Source of the DNA: an uncultured bacterium
GTDB lineage: Bacteria; Cyanobacteriota; Cyanobacteriia; Cyanobacteriales; Rubidibacteraceae
NCBI GenBank assembly: GCA_964435975.1
Contig: CAYTBI010000004.1
Location: 30,529 to 94,528, forward strand
Direction of reading: 5' to 3'
DNA length: 64,000 nucleotides
In this document: piece after piece, positions 1 through 9,361 of the stretch
Layout: every line of letters begins with the position of its first letter
How positions within the stretch are numbered: the first letter of the stretch is position 1
Made by a program: the position numbers and the translations under genes
The notes under the pieces: model-generated
Told to the model about the DNA's origin: nothing
Databases searched by the model: none
Seen by the model: only the letters and a program-made list of their open reading frames with translations

Positions 1-84
1 TGGCTGCGGTGGAGGCTGCTGCCGGTTACCTTTCAACTGCTTGTCGGCTGTCTCTGGGTTGACTCGTAAAGCCGTGCGGGCCCC

Positions 85-1266
85 TCAACCTCCCGATTGG
101 GGGAAGACTGGGAGCGTGAAGTGGAAGCAGCTGCCGCGATCGATCTCGCTGTTGACCCAAATTTGGCCGTAGTGAGCCCGAACGACGCGCTGGCAAAGCG
201 AGAGCCCCAAACCATAGCCGTCCTTGCTGGTGTCGCGCTCCAGGCGAATGTGCCCCTCGAAGATGTGCTCGCGTTTCTCTGGCGGGATGCCAGGGCCGCT
301 ATCGGAGATGCTGACTTGGATTTTCTGCATGGTTCGATGCAAAATTGCCAGGCAGATCTGGCCACCGACGGGCGTGTACTTGACGGCGTTATCGAGCAAA
401 TTCACGAACACCTGACGAACGAGTTCGCGATCGCCGTAGGCAGGGGGAATATCTTGCGGAATATCTCGAGTTACCGTCAGAGACTTAGCCGTGCAAGCAC
501 TGGCAAATTGTTCTAAAACCTCATTGGCCAGCTCTTGTAGTTTGAGATGCTGGGGCTGCATGGATAAGCCAGAGTTTTTTCCCTTGGCGGCTTCTAAGAT
601 GTCGCCGATCATGCGGTTCATGATCCGAAATTGGCTTTGAGCTTGCCTGAAGACCTGCTGGCGCAGCGTTGTGAGATTGACTTGGGGCTCTTTTTGCCGT
701 TGGGCAAGCTCGAGAGTCTCCAGGGCAATCGACGCCGCTGTCAGGGGATTGCGCAGATCGTGAGCCAGCATAGCCAGTACCCAATCTTTAAACCGCAGTC
801 GCTCCTGCAGCTCGTCCCGCTCGCGCTGCAGGCGGAAGATTTCGTCGGAGAGGCGCAGTTGCTCTGCCGAAGCCAAGACCGAATTGTTGGTTTCGCCCGT
901 GTCGATAGGTTCTTCTCGATCCTCCTGGCGCTCTCGGGCGCCGTGGCACCATTGCGGCCAGCAACTTTTGAGTTGGGCGACAAGATCGGTGCCCGCTAGG
1001 GTATGGCGGGGCTCCGGTGCGATTCTAATCAGGGCCGGAGTTGCAATCAGTCGGAAATGCTCGGCTAGATCTGGCTGCTTTTCGACCTCGACGATTTCGA
1101 GCTTGAAAGGATACTCTTCTCGCAGCGTCTGCAGGTAGGCCTGAATGCTACGCGTATGCTCCTGCGAGCTGGGTCGCTTGTCTACGAACAGCAGCAGCTG
1201 TAGCGGTGAGGGACGCGATTCAGCTTGACAATTTAGCGTTGCCTGTCGTTCGCTCGGCTGTGACAC
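85..1266 (-). CDS. sasA: Adaptive-response sensor histidine kinase SasA (KaiB-like N-domain + HisKA/HATPase)
   Basis: 393-aa ORF. KaiB/thioredoxin-like N-terminus (LLLFVDKRPSS...ATPALIRI), H-box LAHDLRNPLTA, ATPase motifs NLLDNAVKYT, DSGPGI, GYGLGLS. Confidence 0.85.
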   Translation of the reverse strand: MSQPSERQATLNCQAESRPSPLQLLLFVDKRPSSQEHTRSIQAYLQTLREEYPFKLEIVEVEKQPDLAEHFRLIATPALIRIAPEPRHTLAGTDLVAQLKSCWPQWCHGARERQEDREEPIDTGETNNSVLASAEQLRLSDEIFRLQRERDELQERLRFKDWVLAMLAHDLRNPLTAASIALETLELAQRQKEPQVNLTTLRQQVFRQAQSQFRIMNRMIGDILEAAKGKNSGLSMQPQHLKLQELANEVLEQFASACTAKSLTVTRDIPQDIPPAYGDRELVRQVFVNLLDNAVKYTPVGGQICLAILHRTMQKIQVSISDSGPGIPPEKREHIFEGHIRLERDTSKDGYGLGLSLCQRVVRAHYGQIWVNSEIDRGSCFHFTLPVFPQSGG

Positions 1267-1417
1267 AGATCGGCTCGTATCCTGGTTACATCTGCAAAAC
1301 TGCCGAACCTAAGCCACCGCCGCCGCCTGCCGCAGCTGACTTGGATTCCGCATTAACATCTATTTTAGAGTTCGGAGCGCTCAATATCGGCAGAATGGGG
1401 ACATTTATGCCCCATCG

Positions 1418-1425
1418 GCGATCGC
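1418..1425. repeat. HIP1 octamer GCGATCGC (one verified example of many in the window)
   Basis: Exact palindrome read at this position. Other verified copies are at 5625-5632 and 59133-59140, and many more are visible in the native blocks. Confidence 0.9.
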
Positions 1426-1548
1426 AAGAGTACTTTTGAGGTGTCTTCGCTCAACCTCCACTGGGTTTGCTAAGTTTATAAGCAAGGATGTTGGTTACAA
1501 TTCTTTGCGGAAGGGTTCGGAAAGTAGACATCGGGGCTTGGGAGGTGT

Positions 1549-2217
1549 ATGGCGGCATTACCATCAAAGACGCGGGACCTGCGGGGTATTTTGCAAACGA
1601 TCCGAGCGGACAGTTGCCCGTACCGTTACAACTTCCACATGCATACGAACTGCTCGGATGGCCAGATGCATCCGAACCAGCTCATCGAGCAGGCTGTCAA
1701 GATTGGCCTAGCAGGCCTTGCCATCACCGACCATCACAGCACCCGAGGCTACGAAATTGCCGCGACGCGCCTCGAGCAATTGCGCCACCAGCGGCCTCAA
1801 GCTCGCCTGCCCCAGCTTTGGACCGGGACAGAAATAACCGCCCAGCTCGCCGAGACTGAGGTTCACATCTTGGGGTACGATTTCGAGCCGAGCTGCACCG
1901 AACTGGTCCCTTATTTACAAGGATCCGCCGTGCCAGGGACCCCTGCAGAAGCGGCGATCGCCGCCATCCATGCTGCTGGCGGCATTGCGGTGCTGGCCCA
2001 CCCCGCGCGCTACCACCGACCGCCAAGCAGGGTCGTCCCGGCAGCGGCTGAGGCCGGGATCGATGGTGTCGAGGCCTACTACGCGTACCGTAACTGCGAT
2101 CCTTGGCGGCCGAGCATGCCCCAGACCCAGCAGGTTAGCGATCTCGGCAACCGGTTCGGGCTACTCAAGACCTGCGGCACCGACACCCACGGCATGAATC
2201 TGCTGCGGCGCATCTAG
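1549..2217 (+). CDS. PHP-domain metal-dependent phosphoesterase
   Basis: 222-aa ORF with PHP motifs YNFHMHTNCSDGQ, ITDHHS, VLAHPARY, GTDTHG. Confidence 0.8.
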   Translation: MAALPSKTRDLRGILQTIRADSCPYRYNFHMHTNCSDGQMHPNQLIEQAVKIGLAGLAITDHHSTRGYEIAATRLEQLRHQRPQARLPQLWTGTEITAQLAETEVHILGYDFEPSCTELVPYLQGSAVPGTPAEAAIAAIHAAGGIAVLAHPARYHRPPSRVVPAAAEAGIDGVEAYYAYRNCDPWRPSMPQTQQVSDLGNRFGLLKTCGTDTHGMNLLRRI

Positions 2218-3512
2218 ATTCCCAAGCGCTGGTAAATCGTATCGAGATTGCGCAGATGGTGCTGGGGATCGAAGCAGGCATCGAGTTCGGCCTTGGTTAG
2301 CTGGGCGGTTATCTCGGGGTCTTGGCCGATGAGCGCTTGGAAGTTGCCTTCAGGTTGGTTCCAGGCGGCATGGGCGCTGCGCTGCACGAGGCGGTAGGCT
2401 TCTTCGCGGCCGATGCCCTTTTCAACTAGCGCCAGCAAGACGCGCTGGGAGAAGATCGCGCCCCCGTAAACGTTTAGATTGCGCGCCATATTTTCGGGGT
2501 AGACCTGCAAGCTCTTGACGAGTTCGGCCGTCTCGGCCAGCATGAAGTGCACCAAAATGCAGCTGTCGGGCAAAATCACGCGCTCGACGGAGCTGTGGGA
2601 GATATCTCGCTCGTGCCAGAGGGCAACGTTTTCAAGGGCAGCTACGGCATTGCCTCGCAGGATCCGGGCCAGGCCGCTGATGCGCTCGGAGCGAATGGGG
2701 TTGCGCTTGTGGGGCATTGCCGAGGAGCCTTTTTGGCCCTCAGCAAAAAATTCTTCGACTTCTAGAACGTCCGTGCGCTGCAGGTTGCGAATTTCAACCG
2801 CGAAGCGCTCTAGCGAAGCGGCCAGCAGGGCGAGCTGCTGGATAAAATCGGCGTGGCGATCGCGAGACACCACCTGGGTCGAGGCCGTATCGGGGTTGAG
2901 GCCCAAAAGCTGGCAGGTCAGAGCCTCGACGCGGGGGTCGATATTAGCATAGGTTCCGACCGCGCCTGAGATTTTGCCAACGCCAACTTCATCGCGCAGG
3001 CGCGTCAGGCGCTGGCGATGGCGGCACATTTCTGCAAGCCAGCCTGCTAGCTTAAAACCAAAGGTAATCGGCTCGGCATGAATGCCGTGGGAGCGGCCGA
3101 CCATGACCGTGTTGCGGTGCTGCTGGGCTTGGTAGCGAATGGCCTGGATGGTTTCTTCGACCTTCTCGAGGATGGCGTTGAGGCTGGCAACCAGCTGAAG
3201 GGCGAGGGCCGTGTCGAGAACGTCCGAGCTAGTCAAGCCGAGGTGAATATAACGTCCTGCATCGCCGACGGACTCATTGACACTGGTGAGGAAGGCGATG
3301 ACGTCGTGGCGAACTTCCTTCTCAATCTCAGCGATGCGATCGGCATCGAAGCAGGCTTTTTCTTTAATTTCAGCGACGGCTTCGGCTGGTATGAGCCCTA
3401 ATTCGGCCTGGGCTTCGCAAACGGCAATCTCAACCTGCAACCATGTCTTGTATTTGTGCTCTGTGGTCCACAACTCCCCCATCTCGGGGAGGGTATAGCG
3501 CTCGATCGCCAC
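2214..3512 (-). CDS. purB: Adenylosuccinate lyase
   Basis: 432-aa ORF with the fumarate-lyase signature GSSAMPHKRNP and PurB-like length and layout. Confidence 0.9.
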   Translation of the reverse strand: MAIERYTLPEMGELWTTEHKYKTWLQVEIAVCEAQAELGLIPAEAVAEIKEKACFDADRIAEIEKEVRHDVIAFLTSVNESVGDAGRYIHLGLTSSDVLDTALALQLVASLNAILEKVEETIQAIRYQAQQHRNTVMVGRSHGIHAEPITFGFKLAGWLAEMCRHRQRLTRLRDEVGVGKISGAVGTYANIDPRVEALTCQLLGLNPDTASTQVVSRDRHADFIQQLALLAASLERFAVEIRNLQRTDVLEVEEFFAEGQKGSSAMPHKRNPIRSERISGLARILRGNAVAALENVALWHERDISHSSVERVILPDSCILVHFMLAETAELVKSLQVYPENMARNLNVYGGAIFSQRVLLALVEKGIGREEAYRLVQRSAHAAWNQPEGNFQALIGQDPEITAQLTKAELDACFDPQHHLRNLDTIYQRLGI

Positions 3513-3690
3513 TTTACTTGCTCTGCACCTGGTTTAAACCGTCACATTGTAGCTCATGGCTTCGCGACTGTTGGGGCTTGGCAGCTGCCTCAATGCTCGA
3601 GAGTGCGAGCGGCTCGCCTACAATACGCTGGTAGGCAGTATGGTTCTCGATTGCGTTGCCCCATCAACCACAAAATTTAAGTTGCAGCCC

Positions 3691-4089
3691 ATGCAAAACC
3701 TCACCCCGGCCGCTTGCCCAACCCTAAACCTATTCTTCGCAGCAGGACTGGCCGCCAGCAGTCTGCTGCTCGCCACCGCTCGTCCAGCCCAGGCAGGACC
3801 GGCAGTCTTTTTCAAAACCGTCGATACGACTGCTGGGAGTATTGCTGAGTGTGAGGCCAGAGCGGCCGGAGCCCTCGAACGGGTCGTGGGCAGCTCGCGG
3901 CTCGGCGTAGAAAAATTGGCGTTTTTTGGCGTCACGGCCGATACCGCCGAGCCGGTCACGGCGTCGATCGCCTGCACGGCCGTCGAAGATTCAGTAGTGG
4001 CAACGGTGGTGACAGCAGGCGATCTGAGTTTTGATGAAGTCAAAGCCCTTCGCGATCGCCTATTGCAGGCACTACTAGCGAGTGGCTAG
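3691..4089 (+). CDS. Secreted hypothetical protein
   Basis: Internal ATG of the 3556..4089 ORF gives a signal-peptide-like start (MQNLTPAACPTLNLFFAAGLAASSLLLATARPAQA). No recognisable domain. Confidence 0.4.
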   Translation: MQNLTPAACPTLNLFFAAGLAASSLLLATARPAQAGPAVFFKTVDTTAGSIAECEARAAGALERVVGSSRLGVEKLAFFGVTADTAEPVTASIACTAVEDSVVATVVTAGDLSFDEVKALRDRLLQALLASG

Positions 4090-5459
4090 CTCGCATCTGC
4101 GAGTTTAGCCGTCGCGCGACTGTTGGCGAAGCACCTTTCTACAAAACGTCGCGGAAATTCCGGGTTGCTGGCAAAATGCAGGTGAACGTAGCTCGCGATC
4201 GCCTTGCCCGTGCGGTAGCCCTCCTGGCTGGGGCCATCGCGCCAGCCCTGCAGCGAATAACAGGTCTCGACTGCTGGCTCGCCAATGATTTCCGAGTAAT
4301 GGAAGCGGTGGCCGCGAATGGGGCCAGCTAACGGCATCGGGCTATCATCGGCCATGCGCACCTCGGTGTAGCCCAGCTTGGCGCGATCGCCCATCCGCGT
4401 CCAAAATGGCAGCGCCCCGACCAGGGGGACTTGCTCGATTCCTTGGGAGAGATACATCAGCCCGCCGCATTCGGCGTAAACGGGCTTTTGGTGGCAAAAA
4501 TCGCGAATTTCTTGCAAAATCTCGGCATTTGCTGCCAGCGCCTCCAGGTGCAGCTCGGGATAGCCGCCGCCAATGTAGAGGCCGTCGAGACCCGCGGGCA
4601 AACGATCGCGCAGGGGCGAAAACTCGACTAGCTCGGCCCCGGCAGCCCGGAGCAAATCTAAATTGGCCCGATAGTAAAAGCAAAACGCTTCATCCCGCGC
4701 GAGGCCGATGCGGGCGACAGGCGTCGGGTGCGGCAATGGTGGCGCAGGAGCGAGCGTCACGGCATGTTCCCGCGCGATGGCCAGCAGGCGATCGCACGCG
4801 AGCCCGGCTGCGACGAGATCGGCTAATGCTGCTAAGTAGCCATTCGAGAGGCCGTCTTCGCCTGCCAGGCGCAGCCCCAGATGCCGCTCGCCGACGGTCG
4901 CGCCCTCAGAGCGCGGCAGGCTCCCCAGTACGGGAATGCCCGTGGCCGGTTCGATGGCCTCTCGTAGGCGCTGCAAGTGAGAGGCGCTGCCGACGCGATT
5001 GCAGACGACGCCCGCAACCTTTAGGGCCGGGTCGAACCGTGCGAACCCCTGCACCAAGGCTGCTGCCGAGCGCCCCACAGCCCGCGCGTCAATAACCAAC
5101 ACCACAGGCGCGCCCAGCCACTTCGCCAGCTCGGCGGTGCTCCCCGCCTCGCTTTGGGAGCCGTAACCATCGAACAGGCCCATAACTCCCTCAACTAGGG
5201 CGAGATCCGCCCCGGCAGCCGCGCGGGAAAAAATCTCCAGATTCTGCGATCGCGAGAGCATCCAGCCGTCGAGGTTGTGAGACACTCGGCCGGTGGCGCG
5301 TTGGTGGTGCCCCGGATCGATAAAATCTGGGCCGACTTTGAAGGGTTGAATTCGCAAGCCGCGCTGCCGTAGCGCGCCCATTAAACCCAAAGAAACAGAG
5401 GTTTTGCCCGCACCACTGTGGGTCCCAGCAATAACCAAGGTGGGAATTTCGGCCATCAC
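4086..5459 (-). CDS. cbiA: Cobyrinate a,c-diamide synthase
   Basis: 457-aa ORF. N-terminal ATP-binding loop GTHSGAGKTS and C-terminal glutamine amidotransferase Cys (ECGGLMYL). Confidence 0.85.
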   Translation of the reverse strand: MMAEIPTLVIAGTHSGAGKTSVSLGLMGALRQRGLRIQPFKVGPDFIDPGHHQRATGRVSHNLDGWMLSRSQNLEIFSRAAAGADLALVEGVMGLFDGYGSQSEAGSTAELAKWLGAPVVLVIDARAVGRSAAALVQGFARFDPALKVAGVVCNRVGSASHLQRLREAIEPATGIPVLGSLPRSEGATVGERHLGLRLAGEDGLSNGYLAALADLVAAGLACDRLLAIAREHAVTLAPAPPLPHPTPVARIGLARDEAFCFYYRANLDLLRAAGAELVEFSPLRDRLPAGLDGLYIGGGYPELHLEALAANAEILQEIRDFCHQKPVYAECGGLMYLSQGIEQVPLVGALPFWTRMGDRAKLGYTEVRMADDSPMPLAGPIRGHRFHYSEIIGEPAVETCYSLQGWRDGPSQEGYRTGKAIASYVHLHFASNPEFPRRFVERCFANSRATAKLADAS

Positions 5460-5544
5460 TCGCTAGCTATTACAGTTTGTAAGGGTGCCCAAGACCGCCG
5501 CTTCTTTTTTTGGAAACCGTGCTAGGTTAAGCTAGCACAATCGA

Positions 5545-5720
5545 TCGGTTCTGGCGGGGAGCAGCCGTCAGAGGAAACGGGGAAAGTTCGGTGAAAATCC
5601 GACGCTGTCCCGCAGCTGTGATGGGCGATCGCGCCCGAGTCAGAATGCCCGCCGATCGCGCGACAACCTGTAAGTAAAAATCCGCGTGGCACGGATGGGT
5701 TTGATGAAAATCTCGCACGT
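5545..5720 (+). promoter_or_regulatory. Cobalamin (B12) riboswitch
   Basis: Core read directly: GGAAACGGGGAAAGTTCGGTGAAAATCCGACGCTGTCCCGCAGCTGTGA followed by a B12-box-like GAGTCAGAATGCCCGCC. It sits just 5' of DUF1636-cobW. Boundaries are approximate. Confidence 0.8.
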
Positions 5721-5827
5721 TTTCTAAAAAATCTAGATCTTTGCTCGATGCAGTCGACCGCTTTGCGTTTCGGCTGGATTTTTGCGGTCGCGATCGCCTC
5801 GAATCCTATCGCACCCCCATCGAAACT

Positions 5828-6211
5828 ATGGCAGACCCCAAACATACTTTGTTTGTTTGTACGACCTGTGCGAGCACGTGGGAAAATGGCCAGCGCGTCG
5901 GCACCAGCGGCGGCGAGCGTTTTCTCAAGATTTTGAGAGAAAAGTATCAAGACTGGGCGCTAAATGAGGAGTTTTCCTTGCAGCCGGTGGCTTGTATGAG
6001 TGCCTGCAGTCGTCCTTGTGTCGTTACTTTTGCTGCCGCAGGCAAGCATAGTTTTGTCTTTGGCGAACTCGAGCCCGATACCGACACGGCTGATGCCGTG
6101 CTGGCTTGCGCTGCCCAATACCGAGATAAGCCCGATGGCTTATTAGCTTGGAAAGAGCGCCCCGAGAAACTTAAATCGGGCGTTATCGCCCGCATTCCCC
6201 CCACTGCTTAA
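5828..6211 (+). CDS. DUF1636 metal-binding (thioredoxin-like ferredoxin fold) protein
   Basis: ATG at 5828 (MADPKHTLFVCTTCAS...ACMSACSRPC). The Cys pattern and the position upstream of cobW are typical of DUF1636. Confidence 0.65.
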   Translation: MADPKHTLFVCTTCASTWENGQRVGTSGGERFLKILREKYQDWALNEEFSLQPVACMSACSRPCVVTFAAAGKHSFVFGELEPDTDTADAVLACAAQYRDKPDGLLAWKERPEKLKSGVIARIPPTA

Positions 6212-6229
6212 TTTTTGGAAGATAGCCCC

Positions 6230-7285
6230 ATGCATAAGATCCCCGTTACCGTAATTACTGGTTTTTTGGGGGCCGGAAAAACGACCCTCGTGCGCCACTT
6301 ACTGCAGAATAATCGCGGCCGTCGTATCGCGGTTTTGGTGAATGAATTCGGCGAAGTTGGTATCGACGGCGACCTGCTGCGCGAGTGCCAAATCTGCGAC
6401 GAAGAAGATCGCTCCGACAGCGTTCTAGATAACATCGTCGAACTTACCAATGGCTGTCTTTGCTGTACGGTTCAAGAAGAGTTTTTGCCAACCATGCAAG
6501 CGCTGCTAGAGCGCCGCGATCGCATCGATTGCATTTTGATTGAAACCTCTGGCTTGGCTTTGCCCAAACCTCTGGTACAAGCCTTCCGCTGGCCGGAGAT
6601 TCGCACGGGAGCCACCGTCGATGGGGTCGTCACCGTCGTCGATTGCGAGGCCCTCGCCGCCGGCCAGCTCGTCGGCGACCTCGACGCACTCGCGTCACAG
6701 CGGGCGGCCGATCCCAACCTCGACCACGAAACCCCTGTCGAAGAACTCTTTGCAGACCAGCTTGCCTGCGCGGATTTGGTGCTGGCTGCCAAAGGCGATC
6801 GCGTCTCGGGTACAGATCTCGAGCGGGTGACGACCTGGTTGGCGGCGCAGTTGCGCCCGGGAGTCAAGGTTCTACCCTGCCATCAGGGTCGAGTCGAGCC
6901 GGAGGTATTGCTGGGGTTCAATGCTGCTGTAGAGGGAGACCTCGATGCTCGCCCTAGCCATCACGACCACGACGACGACCACGACCACGATGACGACATC
7001 ACCGCCGTGCAACTGCAGCTCGATGCCGCCTTCGACCCCGATGCTTTGGTCGCTCGCCTGCGGGCGCTTGCAGCCGATCTCCAGATTTATCGCATCAAAG
7101 GCTTCGTTGCCGTTCCGGGCAAGCCCATGCGTTTGGTGCTGCAGGGCGTCGGCGATCGGTTTGACTACTTCTACGATCGCCCCTGGCAACCGCACGAACC
7201 GCGCCAGACGACCCTCGTTGCAATCGGCTGCGACCTCAGTGCGGGAGCGCTCCAGGCGGCCGTCACAGCGGCATCGGCAGCTTGA
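6230..7285 (+). CDS. cobW: CobW/COG0523 family G3E GTPase metallochaperone
   Basis: P-loop GFLGAGKTT, CLCCT metal motif, His/Asp-rich loop HHDHDDDHDHDDD. Lies downstream of the B12 riboswitch. Confidence 0.85.
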   Translation: MHKIPVTVITGFLGAGKTTLVRHLLQNNRGRRIAVLVNEFGEVGIDGDLLRECQICDEEDRSDSVLDNIVELTNGCLCCTVQEEFLPTMQALLERRDRIDCILIETSGLALPKPLVQAFRWPEIRTGATVDGVVTVVDCEALAAGQLVGDLDALASQRAADPNLDHETPVEELFADQLACADLVLAAKGDRVSGTDLERVTTWLAAQLRPGVKVLPCHQGRVEPEVLLGFNAAVEGDLDARPSHHDHDDDHDHDDDITAVQLQLDAAFDPDALVARLRALAADLQIYRIKGFVAVPGKPMRLVLQGVGDRFDYFYDRPWQPHEPRQTTLVAIGCDLSAGALQAAVTAASAA

Positions 7286-7315
7286 CAACCGCTGTGACGG
7301 GGCTGCCAATCGCAC

Positions 7316-9280
7316 TCACGAGCTGGCACGCTCCATTTGGGGCAGACAGCGTCGGTAGCGCCCCAGCGCGCTCAGGGGAAAGTGCTGGCGATAGAGGTGG
7401 TAGCGAATGTAGAAATGGCAAGGAAAACCCGTGCCGGTAAACGCCGCTTCATCCCAGCTGCCGTCGGAATTTTGGGTGCGCGCGAGATAGTCTGCCCCTC
7501 GCACAAGGGCCTCCCGCTCCCAAGTGCCCGTTGCTTCGCCTGCTGCAAGCAAGCCAATCAGCGCCCAGGCAGTCTGGGAGGCCGTACTCGCGCCTTGCCC
7601 CTTGAGGCTCGGGTCTTTGTAGGAGTCACAAGACTCGCCCCAGCCGCCGTCTTCGTTCTGGCAGCCCACAAACCAATGGGCACCCCGTAGAATAGGCCCG
7701 CGGTGGGTCTTGGGCAAGAGTGCTGCTAGGGCAGCGAGCACGCCGCTAGTGCCGTAGATGTAGTTAACGCCCCAGCGCCCGAACCAACTGCCGTCGGCTT
7801 CTTGCTCGCCAACCACATAGTCGAGGCCCCGCTGCAAGCGCCGCGCGCTCAGCTCGCCAAGATCCGGCAGGCGATCGCCGGGCTGGCCGGCCAGCAGACC
7901 GGCCATCTCCAGGACGCGCGCCGTCACATCGGCGGTGTTGGGGTCGATGGTGGCTTTGAGGTCGCTGTAGGGCAGCGCGTTGAGCCAGTCGCTGTCGTTG
8001 TCGATATCGAAGGCTGCCCAACCTCCAGCTTTGCACTGCATTGAGGCCACCCAATTCGCCGCCCGCGCGATCGCCGCTTGTTTGGCGGCTTCGTCTGGGA
8101 GCTTGAGGTCGTGGAGGGTCATCACCACCATTGCCGTATCGTCTACGTCGGGGTAGAAGCGGTTTTCGTACTCGAAAGCCCAGCCCCCCGGCTCGCCGGT
8201 GGGATTTTTCACCGCCCAGTCGCCGTAGTCGAGAATTTGCTGGTCGAGCAGCCACAGACCGCCGCGCACTAAGGCTGCGTCGTCGGGGGCAATGCCCGAG
8301 TCGATGAGCGCCCGCAAGACAATCGCCGTATCCCAAACCGGCGAGACACAAGCCTGCACCCAGTAATGCTCGTCGGTTTCTAGGGCAAACTTGTCGACCG
8401 CGCTTAAGCCCCGCTGCACCACCGGATCGTTGGCGTCGTAATTTAGGCAGCGCAGCGCTAGCGATGAATTTAGCATCGCCGGGATGATACCCCCCCAATC
8501 GCCGGTAGCTTCTTGGCGCTCGATGACCCAGCGCTCGGCGGCTGCGATGCCTTCTTCGCGCCAGGGCACCAGATCGAGGTCTTCGGCGAGCTTGAAGGCA
8601 CCATCGAGATAAACAAAAAAATCGGTCCAGTCGTTGTTGCGGGGTAGCTCGAACTTGGCGTTGGCAACGCCCCGGTCGTATAGCTCGTCGAGGGAAATTT
8701 TCGGATCGACCGCGAAAACGGGCTTGCGATCGAAGACGACGAGCAGCGGCACGGTGCTGCCGCGCGCCCAACTCGACATCTCGTAAATTGTAAACGGCGA
8801 CGGCGCGCTCAAAAACATGACCCAAGGCGGTAGCGAGGGCAAGCCGCGCCAGTCGTAGCAACCAATGAGGGCTAGGTGCAGCTTGGTGAAGATGCGGCAC
8901 TTCTCGATGCCACCGCGCGGCAGAATAAATGCTTTGGCTTTTTCGAGGGCCGGATCCTCTGCCGGGACGCCCAACAGGCGCAGGGCCATGTAGGCCTCGA
9001 CAGTCGTGCTGAGATCGCCGCCATCGCCGTAGTAAAGCTCCCAGCCGCCATGATGGCGCTGCTGCGATCGCAGGTAGGCCTCGGCTTTGTGGAGCGGCCG
9101 CGCCCCGTCGGTGCCCCAGATTTTATGGAGCAAGATCGCCTCTGCGGTGATGGTGACGTTCGACTCTAGCTCGGCAATCCAGTGGCCGTCAGGTTGCTGG
9201 AGGGAAAGTAAATACTGTTGGCTTGCTGCGATTGCAGTGTCGAGTTGGGTGCTAGCAGTAGCCCGATCCTGTGTTTGCAT
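7316..9280 (-). CDS. shc: Squalene-hopene cyclase
   Basis: 654-aa ORF with the catalytic DVDDTAMVV (DxDD) motif and repeated QW-type motifs (QNEDGGWGES, QNSDGSWDE). Confidence 0.9.
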   Translation of the reverse strand: MQTQDRATASTQLDTAIAASQQYLLSLQQPDGHWIAELESNVTITAEAILLHKIWGTDGARPLHKAEAYLRSQQRHHGGWELYYGDGGDLSTTVEAYMALRLLGVPAEDPALEKAKAFILPRGGIEKCRIFTKLHLALIGCYDWRGLPSLPPWVMFLSAPSPFTIYEMSSWARGSTVPLLVVFDRKPVFAVDPKISLDELYDRGVANAKFELPRNNDWTDFFVYLDGAFKLAEDLDLVPWREEGIAAAERWVIERQEATGDWGGIIPAMLNSSLALRCLNYDANDPVVQRGLSAVDKFALETDEHYWVQACVSPVWDTAIVLRALIDSGIAPDDAALVRGGLWLLDQQILDYGDWAVKNPTGEPGGWAFEYENRFYPDVDDTAMVVMTLHDLKLPDEAAKQAAIARAANWVASMQCKAGGWAAFDIDNDSDWLNALPYSDLKATIDPNTADVTARVLEMAGLLAGQPGDRLPDLGELSARRLQRGLDYVVGEQEADGSWFGRWGVNYIYGTSGVLAALAALLPKTHRGPILRGAHWFVGCQNEDGGWGESCDSYKDPSLKGQGASTASQTAWALIGLLAAGEATGTWEREALVRGADYLARTQNSDGSWDEAAFTGTGFPCHFYIRYHLYRQHFPLSALGRYRRCLPQMERASS

Positions 9281-9361
9281 GGGACAAATCTCAGCGGTTG
9301 CACGATACTCTACGAGATTGTAAGAGCTGAGACGATCTTTAAAAACAAGTAACAGTTGCCA

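Noticed and set aside
2214-2217. Convergent PHP-domain and purB genes share overlapping stop codons within the palindrome CTAG.
   Set aside because: This is real but trivial. It is a compact convergent gene end with no room for a terminator, and nothing suggests a regulatory role.
6956-6997. A CAC/GAC-rich microsatellite-like DNA run.
   Set aside because: It encodes the His/Asp-rich metal-binding loop of CobW (HHDHDDDHDHDDD). It is imperfect at the DNA level and is explained by the protein.
7764-8900. Long alternative-frame or antisense ORFs inside real genes: 7764..8900 in shc, 39418..40212 opposite htrA, 51596..52357 opposite cheA, 32641..33501 opposite the binding-protein gene, 11149..11931, 4406..5095, and 62865..63425 opposite recD2.
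   Set aside because: Their translations are Arg/Ala/Pro/Gly-rich with no motifs. Each overlaps a strongly supported gene. Long open frames off the coding frame are expected in DNA of about 60-70% GC.
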